From a virus: DNA of 5,541 nucleotides. How positions within the stretch are numbered: position 1 is the first letter of the stretch; every line of letters begins with the position of its first letter. The position numbers and the translations under genes are program-made. A model generated the notes under the pieces. It was not told the origin of the DNA. It searched no databases and saw only the letters and a program-made list of their open reading frames with translations. This document shows, in pieces, positions 4,876-5,541 of this stretch. The stretch covers positions 1 to 5,541 of IMG/VR virus record IMGVR_UViG_3300045988_008363; one strand, written 5' to 3'.

Positions 4876-5541
4876 CTACATTCTTGTTAAACCGGGTACA
4901 GAGTACATCGGCATTGGACGAGTAGCCTCAATCTTTAAATAGATATCCATAAAAATCTGAGCGGATAAATTATCAGAAACGGCAAGAACACGATTTACAG
5001 TAGTAGAATTCTCTTGAATCCAATCACTAGAAAGTTTAGGAAGAGACTCATAATCGTCCGCGAGGTGCCAAACGTCTAAAGATTGTGGATAATCGCTACG
5101 CATTTCGGCGGAAACTCTATCGGGAACATATCTATACTCTGCCCAAGCTTCTTGATAGCCGAAAACTTCATCATTAACGTCATTCGGTTGTTTAGAGTAA
5201 TCTTGATAAATTTCTTTATTTAAAATAGGTTGCTCACCGATATTTGCAAAAACAGGCCAATAATAATCGAAACGAGTTTGACGAGACCACATACGATTAA
5301 TACCTTGTTGATAAGAATGTTTATAACGTACACATGCTAAACCAATAATATATCCATGTTCTGTAAAAGATTTAACAAAAGAACTATCACTATCGGCAGT
5401 AACACTCAATCCGGCAACATCACCCAAAGCAGTAGTAGTATTAGTACCACTCTGTTGAACAACTTGATTAACACTAATAGGAGTGTGATTATAAGCTAAC
5501 AATTCTGGACGTTGTTGTCTAGCATCAGGCGAAGTAACACC
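4876..5541 (-). CDS. VP1: Major capsid protein VP1, 3' (C-terminal) portion. Stop codon TAG at 4876..4878. Positions 5423..5541 duplicate 1..119.
   Basis: Track ORF 4876..5502 reads ...[23 protein letters not shown]...YSVPGLTRM*. The M reported by the track is really TTG (Leu) inside the continuous VP1 frame. It has the same frame and identical sequence to the continuation from 1..1163 through the terminal repeat. Confidence 0.9.
   Translation of the reverse strand, partial: GVTSPDARQQRPELLAYNHTPISVNQVVQQSGTNTTTALGDVAGLSVTADSDSSFVKSFTEHGYIIGLACVRYKHSYQQGINRMWSRQTRFDYYWPVFANIGEQPILNKEIYQDYSKQPNDVNDEVFGYQEAWAEYRYVPDRVSAEMRSDYPQSLDVWHLADDYESLPKLSSDWIQENSTTVNRVLAVSDNLSAQIFMDIYLKIEATRPMPMYSVPGLTRM
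5423..5541. repeat. Terminal direct repeat, copy 2 (identical to 1..119).
   Basis: Same as for copy 1. Confidence 0.9.

Noticed and set aside
1-5541. Possibility that this is an integrated prophage with att-site direct repeats
   Set aside because: The 119-bp repeat lies inside the VP1 coding sequence and the reading frame is continuous across it. That fits a circular genome linearised within a gene and does not fit attL/attR flanking an insertion. No integrase or host genes are present.
1-5541. CRISPR arrays, tRNA/rRNA genes, IS elements
   Set aside because: There are no regularly spaced direct repeats, no cloverleaf-compatible segments, and no transposase-like ORFs. The only repeats are the terminal redundancy and the AT-rich reiterations in the intergenic region.

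Overview
The window appears to be a complete, circularly permuted genome of a small ssDNA phage of the family Microviridae (Gokushovirinae-like), about 5422 bp, written out with a 119-bp terminal redundancy (positions 1..119 are identical to 5423..5541). All convincing genes are on the minus strand, tightly packed and often translationally coupled (overlaps of the TAATG, ATGA and TAGAATG kind). Most have Shine-Dalgarno sites (GGAGG, AGGTG), which suggests a host that uses SD sequences. Reading the minus strand 5' to 3', the order is: replication initiator VP4 (HUH rolling-circle Rep), a 40-aa basic J-like DNA-binding protein (VP8-like), a 52-aa single-pass membrane ORF, a 107-aa acidic VP5-like ORF, a 183-aa putative internal scaffold VP3, then the major capsid protein VP1. 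VP1 is 569 aa and crosses the window junction: its N-terminal part is at 1163..1 and its C-terminal part is at 5422..4876. After VP1 come the minor capsid/pilot protein VP2, a noncoding region of about 430 bp (three hairpins plus an extremely AT-rich A-tract block), and two small unassigned ORFs (56 aa acidic, 67 aa) just upstream of VP4. No RNA genes, CRISPR arrays or transposable elements are visible. The items most worth a second look are the coupled 52-aa membrane ORF, the two small ORFs in front of rep, and the structured intergenic region. The membrane ORF is a candidate lysis or amurin-like gene in a family with no standard annotated lysis gene; the intergenic region is a candidate origin, packaging signal or terminator.
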